NCBI RefSeq assembly: GCF_009914755.1 | Contig: NC_060927.1 | DNA from: the human T2T-CHM13v2.0 reference genome, Homo sapiens | Direction: 5' to 3' (one strand) | DNA length: 64,000 bases | Translations under genes and position numbers: made by a program | Part shown: piece after piece, positions 1-17,053 of the stretch | Numbering within the stretch: position 1 is the stretch's first letter | Layout: each line of letters begins with the position of its first letter | Notes under the pieces: model-generated | Told to the model about the DNA's origin: nothing | Seen by the model: only the letters and a program-made list of their open reading frames with translations | Databases searched by the model: none

Positions 1-79
1 AGCATTTGCTTTTAACCAAAAAGTAGGAGGTTACTTTTACATAAAAAAAAATCAACTTTTCTTCAAATATAGTTAAAAT

Positions 80-540
<461 letters not shown>

Positions 541-1016
541 TTAGTGGGGCAAGGAAGAGGGTAGAAAGAGAGAGATAAAAAATTACACAGCATAGTGTGA
601 TGTTGCCTTTGATTTGATCATAGTCTAGTAGAAGTGACAACACTAATATACACCACACAACACACAGTTAAGACAATATGTAATAAATTTCTCAACTTGA
701 TCATGCCAATTACAAGTGCTATGGCATTTGATAAATTTACAAACTGTATCCAGCCATAAATTTGAATAAAGGAAAGAGCAGGGGGAAATGTAAATTATTG
801 CTACATATATTTAAATTGGGTAGGTGCGGTATAGGGAAGGGGAGAGTCATTAGCTATTCCATTTATTGTATTTAGTTCCCTTTGGCCAGAAGGATGCGGT
901 CACAGCTTTGGAAAAAATAGTGCGTATCTTGGGAAATAGTGCAAGGTCACCACATTGACAGTAAATGTCAGAGGTTAATTGTGCAGTGCCATTTCTTTAT
1001 TAAATATATAAGTTCA

Positions 1017-1333
<317 letters not shown>

Positions 1334-1438
1334 ATATATATCTAGGTTCAGAACATAGACAACTTGCTTACAGACCTTCGTGAATGCAAAATGTGATAAT
1401 TCTTTTCAGAAGAAAGATTTTTTAAAAAAATAAGCAGG

Positions 1439-1452
1439 GTCTCCATGGTAAC
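1439..1452. promoter_or_regulatory. RFX X-box motif
   Basis: GTCTCCATGGTAAC, close to the X-box consensus GTTNCCATGGNAAC; motif match only. Confidence 0.35.
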
Positions 1453-2208
1453 CATAAAGGCAAATCTTGCTTTGTGAGTATTACATCAACATGAACAGCT
1501 GGAACAGGTTGAACAAAAATGGCTGGGGAGAAGAAGGTGGGGGAATTTGGAGAGAGAGTGAATAAAGAAAATGACAACCCAAACCAGAAGCTGTGTAACT
1601 TATGCCTTGATTCATTAGTACTGCATTCAAAGAAATCAGAGTTTCGAACCTTTTTTTCAAAGGTACTTCCCCTCCATCCTGTTCAAATCAAAGATGGTAA
1701 AAACTATTATGCTATTTTTTAAAAGAAAAGTAAATGATTTGAATTAGATATATTTTAAAAATCAGTGGGCTTTGACAGATAAGGGGATATTTTAAAAATC
1801 AATGTCTTTGACAAGAGCCACACAAAGAAAATGAAAACCAGATATATATGCACAGGCTCAGATAATGAATTAATGCAAGAGGAAAGCTGTACCGTTGAGG
1901 AATTTCTTTTCACACTTCAAAAAAAACACTGTATAATGCATGTCCATATAGCACAAAGACACAGTATTACTGAATCACTTGTTAGTAGATGCACTACTAA
2001 GAATTCAAAAACGCACCAATGGGTGGTGAATCACTTTTTTCGGAATGGAACTATTTTTCTATCCACTTCGTGGCTAAAAATATGTATATAAATTTTGGTT
2101 TACTTTTCCTAGATATATGGGGAAATAATTCCAATTATAATCAATCAGCATAACAGGATTATTTATGACAATTTCTAATCAAACTTTTCATTTTGAGATT
2201 GTAATTTC

Positions 2209-2425
2209 AACTGCATAAAGAGTACATGCGACCCCTCCATGTTATTTCTTACATCTGTGTATTTATTTAATTGTAAATTAACTGTAAATTTACAATTTAC
2301 AATTAATTTAAATTATTTTATTTAAATACTTAAATTTACATTTAAATAAATGTAAATTAATTTTCAATTAAATAAATACACAGATGTAAGAAATAACATA
2401 GGCCCCATGTACTCTTTATGCAGTT
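2209..2425. repeat. Long inverted repeat (fold-back)
   Basis: 2209-2228 is the exact reverse complement of 2406-2425; 2239-2273 is the exact reverse complement of 2365-2399. Confidence 0.95.
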
Positions 2426-2544
2426 TTCCCCCAATAATAACATAGAATATACTCTAAAATTAATAAATATAATAAATAAAATAATAAAACATAAAATATA
2501 CTACAAAATTACAGCAGGATATTGACATTGATGCAATCCATGGA

Positions 2545-2832
2545 TTTCTTTTTTTTTTTTTTTTTTTTTGAGACAGAGTCTCATTCTCAATGGCTCCATC
2601 TCGGCCCACTGCAACCTGCACCTCCTGGGTTCAAGCCACTCTCCTGCCTCAGCTTCCTGAGTAGCTGGGACTACAGGTGCCCGCCACCACGCCCAGCTAA
2701 TTTTTTTTATTTTTAGTAGAGATGGGGTTTTACTGTGTTAGCCAAGATGGTCTCGATTTCCTGACCTCATGATCTGCCCGCCTCGGCCTCCCAAAGTGCT
2801 GGAGTTACAGGACTGAGCCACCACGCCCAGCC
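2545..2832 (-). mobile_element. Alu (AluY/Sc-like)
   Basis: Antisense Alu with T tract; TSD aatc(c/t)atggat. Confidence 0.93.
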
Positions 2833-3126
2833 TTAATCTATGGATCTTACCCAGATTTTTCCAGTTGTGTGTATGTGTGTATGTTTAGTTCTATGCTATT
2901 TATCATGGGTAAGTTTGTGTATCTACTGCTACAATAATGATACAGAACAGTTCTGTCACCACAAGGATCCCTGGTACTGCCCTGTTATAACCATATCTAC
3001 TGATTTCCTGCCCAGTTACCCGATGCCTAACCACTGAATAACCACTAATCTGTTCTGTTTCTGTAATTTTTGTCATTTCAAAAATGTCGTACAACTGAAA
3101 GCAGTACCTAAAAAAAAAAACAAAAG

Positions 3127-3437
3127 TTTGTTTGTTTGTTTGTTTGTTTGAGACAGAGTCTCGCTCTGTCACCCAGGCTGGAGTGCTGTGGCGCAATCTT
3201 GGCTCACTGCATCCTCTGCCTCTTGGGTTCAAGCAATTCTCCCTGCCTCAGCCTCCCGAGTTGCTGGGATTACAAGAGCACGCCACAATGCCTGGCTAAT
3301 TTTTGCATTTTTAGTAGAGACAGGGTTTCATCAAGTTGGCCGGGTTGGTCTTGAACTCCTGACCTCAGGTGATCCGCCCATGTCCGCCTCCGCCTCCCAA
3401 AGTGCTGGGATTACAGGCATGAGTCACGGCGCCCGGC
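3127..3437 (-). mobile_element. Alu (AluS)
   Basis: Antisense dimer with (TTTG)n tail. Confidence 0.93.
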
Positions 3438-3782
3438 TGTACCACAGTTTGTTTAACCATTCACCTGCTAAGGAACATGTGGGTTGTTTCCAACTGGGGG
3501 CTATTATAAAGCCACTGTGATCATTTTTGCACAGGTTTTTGCAGGAACTCAAGTTTCCTTTTCCTGGACTAAATCCCCAAGGGTTCAGTTTGCCTGGCCA
3601 TATGGTAATTGCATGTTTAGTTTTACAAGAAATTGCCAAATTGCCAGAGTTGCCCACCGGCAATGTATGAGTGATCCTTTCTGACATGATTTTTAAAAAG
3701 CAAATTAAAATAACTATTACCTCATCAGAACAAAGAAATTAAGATGATTTGCTTATTTGCTAGAGGTTTTTATTCTCAGTTG

Positions 3783-3940
3783 GTCTGGGTTCAAGTCCCA
3801 ATCTTGTTATTTGATAGCTATGTGACCTCTGAAAAGTTATTCAACTGTAGCCTCAGTTTCTCCATTTGTAGAATAGGAATAATGCTATACTTATCTCACA
3901 GATGTATTGTAAAGGTATAATAATTGCTTGGTTTATTATT
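3783..3940 (+). mobile_element. MIR
   Basis: ctgggttcaagtccc...tgtgacct...cctcagtttctccatttgta MIR core. Confidence 0.75.
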
Positions 3941-4373
3941 ATTTATGACATAATTATAAAGAGGTAAAAGAGATACCTATGAGGTTAGTGAAAAACACCA
4001 CATACTTTACCATACTCTGACAATTTCTGTATAAGAAAAAGATTCTGGGAATGTTTCTTAGCTGTGATACAAAAATGATTTTCACATCTAAATCCTTTCA
4101 TACTTGAAATTTACTACATTATTGATCATAGTGAAATAGTGTCAGAAATAACTATAGTTTTGAAATGATAGGGAAGTAACAGGGCTACCTCTCTAAAGTT
4201 TACCAAATGGTAAAGCATACTTTCACAAACCCAAGGAATGGAGAAGTTCAATTTTATTGAAAGTTGATTGGATGGGAAACAAAATCATTTTAATAATGAA
4301 GTGGAAATACTAAAATATGGCAAGATGACTGATAGTAGTATCAGTTGATCAGTTCCTCCCTGTTATCAGTTGC

Positions 4374-4678
4374 TTTTTTTTTTTTTTTTGAGACAGGGTC
4401 TCTCTCTCTCTCTGTTGCCCAGGCTGGAGTGCAGTGGCACAATGACAGATCATTGCAGCTTTGACCTCTCTGGCTCAAGCAATCCTCCTGCTTTAGCTTC
4501 CTGAGTAGCTGGGATTATAGGCACGTGCCACCACAGCCGGCTAATTTTTGTATTTTTTTGTAGAGATGGGGTTTAGTCATGTTGCCCAGGCTGGTTTCAA
4601 ACTCCTGAACTCAAGCAATCCTCTCACTTCAGCCTCCCAAAGTGCTAGGATTACAGGCGTAAGCCACAGTGTCTGGCC
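4374..4678 (-). mobile_element. Alu (AluJ-like)
   Basis: Antisense diverged dimer. Confidence 0.92.
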
Positions 4679-4861
4679 TCAGTTACTACTTCTAAAGAAA
4701 GGTGAAAAAAAGAATAAACTGGGTACTTTTTTAAAATTCTCTTATCCAAAAAATTATTTCAGAGGAAATGATAGTGAACAGATAATTGTTCTAAAAGGAG
4801 CTTCCATTTCTGTGTGTTTTTTGTGTATGTGCCTGTGTGTGTGTTTGCTGAGAAAGAATAA

Positions 4862-5143
<282 letters not shown>

Positions 5144-5155
5144 TAAAATGTTTCA

Positions 5156-5540
<385 letters not shown>

Positions 5541-6091
5541 TTAGAGTTTTCTTTTTACTCATTCTGATTTAGTTTCCAGAAATTTAAGGTAGAGTGCTAA
5601 AAGGTAAATTTATATATTTTATGGGAGAAACACACTTTGTAAATGACATTTGTGACTCAGTATGGAAAATTTACCTTTGGCAGGAACTACCCTAACTTGA
5701 GGTAGGAAAATCAAAGTAAATTTGAATCAACATCTTACATCAGTGTATAAAAACACCAGAGTGCCACTTTTAGTAGCCAGAAAGCTTAGCACAACATAGA
5801 TGCTGTATGCGGAAGTTTTGCTTCCCTGTTTTTTTGTTTGCATGATAGAGCATTCAAGAAAGTTCTTGTAGCTTAGTTTTTAAGAGTTTATTAAATTATA
5901 GCACCCCTGAAATGGTAAGCAGAGTTTTTGTTTTTGTGCCTTTTTAAATTGTTCTTTCTATGGTATTCACCTCCTCCTCGTCTCAATTCAAAGTTCACCA
6001 AATACATTTTGTTAGATTTGTCTTCAATTTTTCCCTCTGTTGATTTTATAACATGCAGAATTATCTCTTATTTATTTAAAATAAATATTCT

Positions 6092-6443
<352 letters not shown>

Positions 6444-6517
6444 TTACATTAATTCTCTTTTCCATTAGTGTTTAAACAAATATTTCTTACTATTTATTTT
6501 TTATTTTCCCTTTGCAT

Positions 6518-6840
6518 GTTTTAGCTGAGATGTTTTCAGTTGCAAGCAAAAGAAAAATTATCTCTAAATCACTTTTAAAAAGAGAAACTTTATTATCCAT
6601 AAAATAAAAAGTTCAAGGTAGGAAGGCCTCTGGTTAGTTAATGACTCAACAATCTTATATATGCCCATCTTCCCATATGTTCACTTTGTCATTCTCAGTG
6701 TGTGAATTCATTCACCCCATGGTCACAAGATGACTGTAGTGGTTCCAGGCATCGTGTTGTCAGAAACCAATGTCAACAGGCAGAAAAGGGAGCATTTCTT
6801 CCTTATGTTCCTTTGTATCCAGGATGAGAAACTCCTGGGT
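6518..6840 (-). mobile_element. Old MaLR LTR (MLT1-like)
   Basis: ttttcagttgcaagcaaaagaaaa...catggtcacaagatgactgtagtggttccaggcatc resembles antisense MLT1J/K/L. Confidence 0.6.
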
Positions 6841-7009
6841 TGTCTGATATCCCATTCCAAACCCCTTTGCAGGGGTTCTGCAAAGAACCCCTAACATGAT
6901 TTTGAGGAACCTACAACAGTGACAATGCCTTAGCGTAATGCATTCTAATTTCATTATTTAAAATGATGTGTAAAAGTTGTGCTATCCTTTCAAAAAATGT
7001 AGACATATG

Positions 7010-7044
<35 letters not shown>

Positions 7045-7074
7045 AAATCTCTCAAATCCTATATTTTTGCCTCC

Positions 7075-7368
7075 ATTTATATTTATTTATTTAAAATGTA
7101 GTCTTGCTCTGTCATCCAGGCTGGAGTGCAGTGGCATGATCTTAGCTCACAGCAACCTCCTCTTCCTGGATTCAAGCAAGTCTCATGCCTCAGCCTCCTG
7201 AGTAGCTGAGATTACAGATGCATGCCACCACGCCTGGCTAATTTTTGTAGTAGAGACAGGGTTTCATCATGTTGGCCAGGCTGGTCTCGAACTCCTGACC
7301 TCAAGTGATCTGCTTGCCTCGGCCTCTCAAAGTGCTAGGATTATAGGCATGAGTCACTGCGCCCGGCC
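7075..7368 (-). mobile_element. Alu (AluS)
   Basis: Antisense dimer; (CT)n(AT)n microsatellite nearby at about 7010-7043. Confidence 0.92.
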
Positions 7369-7640
7369 TATTCATTTTGTTTTAAATAGGTTCACATAAA
7401 GTTCATGCAGTATGCTAGATGGCATTCTAGATGCTGAACGTTGAGCAAAAACTGAGAGGCGAAAGTCCCTTCCTTCTCCAAGTCACGTTGTTTATACCAG
7501 TGAATGTTAATTTCCTTAATAAGTTTCAAATTAGTGTCTTAACCCTGAAACTCAAATGTTTCATTATACTATTTTTTCCTATATAGGAAATACCTAAACT
7601 CTAAGGAAATTCACTCTTTCAGTTGCCTTCCTCCACTTAA

Positions 7641-7655
7641 TCACTAGATGGCGCC
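7641..7655 (+). promoter_or_regulatory. CTCF core motif
   Basis: TCACTAGATGGCGCC versus the consensus CCACTAGATGGCGC; lies in non-repeat sequence. Confidence 0.55.
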
Positions 7656-7725
7656 CAAAGAATCTATTTCCCTCCCATTGACTGGAGATCGAGCATAGCT
7701 GAAAAGGCAGCTCTTCATTGTGTAA

Positions 7726-8029
<304 letters not shown>

Positions 8030-8801
8030 AAAAGCCCAAGGTTTCTGTTCTCTGTTCAATTTCTATTTTTTTATGTGTTATTTGGGGAAAAATGCACAGA
8101 TATTTTTTATTATCACTTGGCATTTATAATGCATTTTTTAGTCTTTTTAAGTCCACTACAATTTTGTAAAGCCCTTTCCTTCTCAGTAAGTCAGTTTTCC
8201 ATTCCTTTATCTTATACAACAATAGTTATTTTCTTATTCTGATACTTACACTGCTCTGCTTCTTTAGAAACATTTGACTCATTCCCTTCTCCTGAGAATT
8301 AGTTACCAAGCGTCATTCCTGCATTCCCTGTTCAACATTCTGCCACCATTGCTTTCAAAGTGTATCCTGAGAAATGCCCCAGTGCGCTTCTGCCTTCCAG
8401 CTATTTTGGCGTTTCACAACATTTATATCTCCTTTAGGTGTTTATGCCATAATAAAAATCTAGGGAACCAAAATATGTATGTTTGCTTTCATGAAAAAGG
8501 ATTTCTCATCTCCCAGACTCTGTTTTCAGAGAGAGAGAGAGAAAAGCCCACAATACAGGAAATTATTTTGACTATGAGTCAAATCCCAACTAAGAATTAT
8601 GAAATTCTTATTTTGTAATATTTTTCCCTCTATATTCTGCACTAAAACTTAAGAAAAACTCTTCTGTCCATATAATTAGTCAAGGAATAACATACTGATG
8701 ATTTATTAAAATTATTTATGTAGGTATTGTCTTGAAATATATATGTATTTATCTATGTGTGTGTAAGAGAGTGAGTGCATGTGTACTTATATGTGAGTAA
8801 A

Positions 8802-8990
8802 CCCAGCCTGAGAAACATAGTGAGAAATTTAAAAATTAGCCAGGCGTGGTGGTACGCACCTGTAGTCCTAGGTGCGCACCTCAGTCCTAGGGAGACTGAG
8901 GCTGCAGTGAGCCATGATAGCGCCACTGCACTCCAGCCAGGGCAAACAGAGCAAGACCCTGTCTCAAAAATAAATAAATAAATAAATAAA
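8802..8990 (+). mobile_element. 5'-truncated Alu (AluJ-like)
   Basis: Right arm with (TAAA)n tail; TSD atgtgagtaaac; internal repeat of gcacct..agtcctagg. Confidence 0.85.
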
Positions 8991-9742
8991 TGTGAGTAAA
9001 CACACAAACATATATGTAAAACACACATGTTACCTTTCCCTTTGTCACCTACACCCTAAGTCACTGCCACTCAATTTAGGAACTGACCTCTTTGTGACAC
9101 CTGGCTTTGCAGAACTTGAATCAGGGTCTTTGATCCACTTTCTTAAACCAGTTGTTTTTCTTTCCTAAAGATTATGCTCTGAACTGGAAATTCATCCTTT
9201 TTCTATTGTATATGGACTGTAATTAAGGATGTTTCTCACAGACAAAATCTTCCTTGGATACAGATGTTGCTTCTCCTGTGCCTTGTCAATAGCGCAGCCC
9301 TGCATGACTGAGGTGGAGGTAGAGTTTCCACACTCATTTATTTGACAAACTCAATAAACTTGACATTTTTGCACCTTTTTATTTATTCGTGTTACCCATT
9401 ATATCTCGTGGAGACTGAGGGATTGGCTTGCATTCAGGTTTTGAACTTGTTCACTTGGTTTCTTCATCTCTCTTCTCCATTTATTAGAGAAGAGATTAAG
9501 GAACTAGGGAGGTGACTGTAATGCTCAATTAAGACAAACCCTTTAGAAAGCATAGGTGAAGATTTTCTGTAGCGCAACTACAACAGATCCACTGATCTTA
9601 TGTCTCTTTCTGTAATCAATTAGAAGGAGGATGTCTCCATGACTACAAACTGGAAAACTTATCAGTCAAGAACCTGTTTTCATTTAGAAAATTCTCTAGA
9701 ATTGTAGAAACTCCTAGTTGGAAGACATGTAGAGTAATATAT

Positions 9743-9925
9743 AGCATTGGTTTTCAACCTCAGTTATGCAACAGGATCCCTAGAGAGTTACAAATTTCTA
9801 GGTTCCACCCTAGATTACTGACCCATAATTCCCAAAGATGAGCCCAGGAATTTGGACTTTTCAAAGCAATCTTTCATTTAACTGCAGGCAATCTGACCCT
9901 CATTCATGGACTGGCATTTGAAAAA
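9743..9925. mobile_element. MER5-like hAT DNA transposon relic
   Basis: tggttttcaacct...ttccaccctagattactga...gagcccaggaatttg. Confidence 0.5.
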
Positions 9926-10429
9926 GACAAATCCAGGCTTTTAAATTACTACCCATGGCAAGTTTGAATTTTTGTTTAATTGCCACCATTCTTGGCTAAG
10001 TGGTCTTTCAGGGAATGGAGGAAGGAATGAGGTGTTTGTTTGTTTGTTTATACGTTTGTTCGTTTTAACTCCCCAGCATTTAGCATAGTGCTGGTACTAA
10101 TATATGCTCAAGAAAGTTTGTTCTTGTTTTGATTGTTATTTATTACACAGGAAAAAAAATTTGTTTATTTTGAAAGATATTATTACTCTAATTTAAGATA
10201 AGAAACTGAAGATTATACAAATCAAATATCTTATTCAAGGTAACAGAGCTGGTAAGTGTTAGAACTAAAATTCAAGTCCAGACCATATTACTTCAAGCCC
10301 ATGCACCTTAAGAAGCTACTTGAATACCTCAAGTGATGGCTGAAATGACTGTTTTCAAAGCCAGGAATTTTTATCATGGGATACTTCTGATAAATAATAG
10401 TAACAGTGTGATGATGATGAAACAACTAG

Positions 10430-11064
<635 letters not shown>

Positions 11065-11451
11065 TGCTTTTGGTTTTTCTTAAGGTGCTACAGAATAGAA
11101 AACTTAGTTCTCTATGTCAGGTTAACTTTTTGGTTATTTGGGAAAAGAAATAAAGTCTGATCATTTGCAGATTAACATCCAAGTTCCTTCAACAAATCCA
11201 GACGGTTGGTTGTGTCCCCATCCCCTCTCATATGGCCTCGTTTGGAGGCCTTCCATGACAGCAGTGCTTTTCTCCCATTGTGCCGGTTGACACCTTGGTC
11301 ATTCGAATTGTGATCTCTTGAACTGGACCAGACTGCCCAAGGTTAGAAGCAGCAATAGGCCAACTGTGACTCTAGCCCATAGGCAAGAAGTGTTTCTAAA
11401 TAGGTTGACAAAGAGAATTCATCATTTTAGGGCTGTGATCTGTTTCCTGTC

Positions 11452-11469
11452 TTCTTTTCTTTTCTTTTC

Positions 11470-11500
<31 letters not shown>

Positions 11501-11614
11501 CAAATAGAGATGGTGTCTTGCTATGTTGCCCAACTTGGTCTCAAACTCCTGGCCTCAAGCAATTGACCTGCCTCAGCCTCCCAAAATGCTGAAATTGCAA
11601 GCATGGGCCTGGCC
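11452..11614 (-). mobile_element. Alu monomer (FLAM-like)
   Basis: Left-arm-only antisense Alu with (TTTTC)n tail. Confidence 0.8.
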
Positions 11615-11641
11615 TGTTTTCTGTTTTAAAAGGTAATATTG

Positions 11642-12600
<959 letters not shown>

Positions 12601-12637
12601 CTAAAGGTAGACTGAAGTAAATCAAGAATTAATATTT

Positions 12638-13259
<622 letters not shown>

Positions 13260-13655
13260 TTAATATTTAAAGTGTTTGTGCTCACTTCTTCACAAGCAGT
13301 ATTTAGTTCAACCTTAAATGTTTGAACTAGCAAAACAACTAATTTCTTTAAAAGGAGAATACATATTTCACCCAGATGGGTTGTCGATAAGGAATATTTT
13401 GGTATATTGGTAGTTATGTGATAGATTAGAAACCTGGTTTTATTCTGATATCCATTTGTACAGAAAAATGCCAGAATAGCCAACTAATATAAATTCTATT
13501 ATTTCATGTTAAATTTTATTGAGTTCTCTTTATTTCTCGAAGATAAATTCATTAATGTCCACATTCCATGGTTTTTATTTTTAAGTGGTAAATTGCTGTC
13601 CAGGCAATTTCCCTCTGTTCTTGTGAATTCTCTTAATTAAAAATGTTTGTATTTT

Positions 13656-13963
<308 letters not shown>

Positions 13964-14073
13964 CTAATGAAAGATAAATTAAAAAGAAAAAAGATTTGTA
14001 TTTTATATTATAGAAGAAAAAATATCTTTATCAGACATAATAATGTAGTCTTTCTTTTGAAAGTATTAGCTTC

Positions 14074-14426
<353 letters not shown>

Positions 14427-14896
14427 TTAAAATTATATGAAATTGCCTCAAATTGCTTTAATATTCATGTTATTAATCATGAAGAAACAGTTCATCGCTA
14501 AACACAAATGAAGTCATTTTGAGAAACTGGTGAGATATTGAGTGGGGGAAGATACCGTGACATGATCCCATTTCAAGATAATCAGAAGGGTTGGATGTAC
14601 AGAACCAATCTGCCCCGATTACCTTTTCATGAGGACTGCCACCAAACAATGAGAAGAATATGTCCAGTAATATGAACAGTGAAGAAAACATACTTAGTGG
14701 GAGTGTCTCCATATCTTTATCTAAGTAATATCTAATATCTCATCTAATATCACTAAATAAAAACTCTCTAAATTACTAATATATAAAAAAAAATTACTAA
14801 CATAAAAACTCCAGAGTTTCTAGAACTTAATTGGGAATTAAGGATCAGTGGCTCAGATTCTGGCAAGTTTTCTTTTTATCTGATGTTTGAATTTAA

Positions 14897-15227
<331 letters not shown>

Positions 15228-15389
15228 GCATTTTTGTACTAGATACTCCAGGCCTTTGGTCATTTCCTAACCCCTGCTGGTGGGTGGCTTTTGAGTTACC
15301 ACCTCAACATCCAGTTTTTCAATTTTTTTTTTTCTAACAATATCCAAAGGAATTCAATCCACTTCTAATTTGTACCTTTGACCCAATAC

Positions 15390-15785
15390 ATGCTGGAATG
15401 GGCCCTGCCTGATGAACATTTCCCAGCACCAATTTACCCCCCTCTCAACAGAGTGACTAGTCCAGGGAGAAGCATGTGACTCAAAAAGAGCTGGTGAGAA
15501 CGAGTATATCCCAGCGCTTATGTGGGAATCACAGTCTACTCAAGAGCCGTGAGGTGGAAGTTCCTGAAGGGTAGAGCCTCTAGGAGGCACCATGTGGTCC
15601 AAAGCCAACGCTTCAGAAAACTTGAGAGAGAACTAGAGAGAAATGTGAACAATGGTCATATTTATCGAGGTCTGGGACCAAGCTCTACTTCTGCCTCTAC
15701 CTCTGGACTCCTAAATTATGTGACCGAATAAACCCATTTATTATTTAAGTCCCCTTGATTCAGGTTTCCTATCACTTAAGAATAA
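15390..15785 (+). mobile_element. Old MaLR LTR (MLT1-like)
   Basis: agcatgtgactcaa...ctctggactcctaaattatgtgaccgaataaacccatttattatttaag resembles the MLT1 3' end. Confidence 0.6.
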
Positions 15786-15789
15786 CTCA

Positions 15790-15920
15790 ACTTTTCTGAG
15801 CCTCAGTTTTCATTTGTAAAGGGTTGTTAATATTACCCACCTCATCAGGTATTTTCACTGATTAAGTCAGATAACATTTGTAAAGTGCACGGTATGTGCA
15901 GAGCAATGAGCAACTATTTA
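15790..15920 (+). mobile_element. MIR
   Basis: ctgagcctcagttttcatttgtaaa MIR core. Confidence 0.7.
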
Positions 15921-16569
15921 ATCCTGCTTCCTTTTCTTTTCCTCATATCCTCTTACAAACTTCTGTGTAGTGATGAGTCAGACCAATGCTCCATCTATCC
16001 AGGAAGTTTTCAGAGAAGGGAGTGGTGTACGATAAGAGCTGAGGCCATGATCCTGCAGGAGAGCCACAGTCCCCAGTGACTCTCCTGAGACCTGACTGGA
16101 ACCTAGTCCTTTTTCCAAGGGGCTTTAGCCTTCAGTCATGTTGTTATGTTATCTGGCAGAAAAACCCAGACAGTTCTTCAGGGTAAGTGGTCAAACCACT
16201 GGCTAAACAGACTAGATTTTTCTAATAAGCGCACTGCAGAGGGGCAACCTTTAAACACGAATAGATATTCTGTTTTCCTAGATATAAAGCTTATGCAATA
16301 CAATAAATCTTGAGTGCAGATATTTAAAGATGAGTCTTGTTTTTGATGAGAAAAATTTTAAGGAATTACAAATCAAGAAGATGTTCAACCTAAACTACGA
16401 TAAACTGTTCCATTTAACTGTGAGGTATGTTTGTTGTTGTTGTTATTTGGTCATACAATTTTGGAAGAGGAGCTTGTTCAAACCCTTATATAATAGACGA
16501 GTAGACCAAGGCCCGGAAGGGTGATGTGGCTTGTTCAAACCCCTCCGCCAGCCGAGGCAGAGCCAGGGC

Positions 16570-16750
16570 TGCTGACTCACAGTCTAGTGTTCTTTAAATA
16601 GATTGTGCTCCATCCCAGCCTCTGCTTAACAGACTCCATTTCACTTTCCATTACAAACCAAGTGTCTGACAGACACATAAACACCCATCAAGTCTAACAA
16701 GCATAGCCAGTTTTCCCAAAGGTAGCACAGTTGTCATCTGTGAGTCAGCA
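16570..16750. promoter_or_regulatory. Inverted pair of ARE/NF-E2 (NRF2/BACH-MAF) motifs
   Basis: TGCTGACTCACAG at 16570-16582 and its exact reverse complement CTGTGAGTCAGCA at 16738-16750. Confidence 0.5.
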
Positions 16751-16834
16751 TTAGGCCCCATGGACACATTTCCTTATGGTGCACAGGTTCCCAGCCCAGC
16801 AAGTCATGTAACAGGGCACAGCTGCCATGTAGAA

Positions 16835-17053
16835 CAGGGTTTTACGACCTCAGCACTCTTGAAATTTTGGTGAAACAATTATTCCACAGCAGAGGGCAAA
16901 GTGGAGGGAAAACAGGGTGCATTATAAAATGTTTAGCGGTATCCCTGGCTTTGACCCACTAGATACCAGCAGCAGCTTTCCAGTTTTGACAACTAAAAAT
17001 GTCTCCAGATATCCTAGAGGAGGAGAGCAAAATCAGCCCTTTGAGAACCATTG
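16835..17053. mobile_element. MER20 hAT DNA transposon
   Basis: cagggttttacgacctcagcactcttga...acccactagataccag...aaaaatgtctccaga...ttgagaaccattg. Confidence 0.8.

Larger units (their letters stand above)
2181..3690 (-). mobile_element. Old L1 (L1MB-like) 3' region interrupted by two Alus
   Basis: aaacttttcattttgaga...gtaagaaataac...caggatattgacattgat...accactaatctgttct...catgtttagttttacaagaaattgccaaa are typical antisense L1M 3' sequences. Confidence 0.75.

Noticed and set aside
14473-14712. 79-aa ATG-initiated minus-strand ORF in unique-looking sequence
   Set aside because: No recognisable homology or supporting splice/promoter context; ORFs this short arise by chance.
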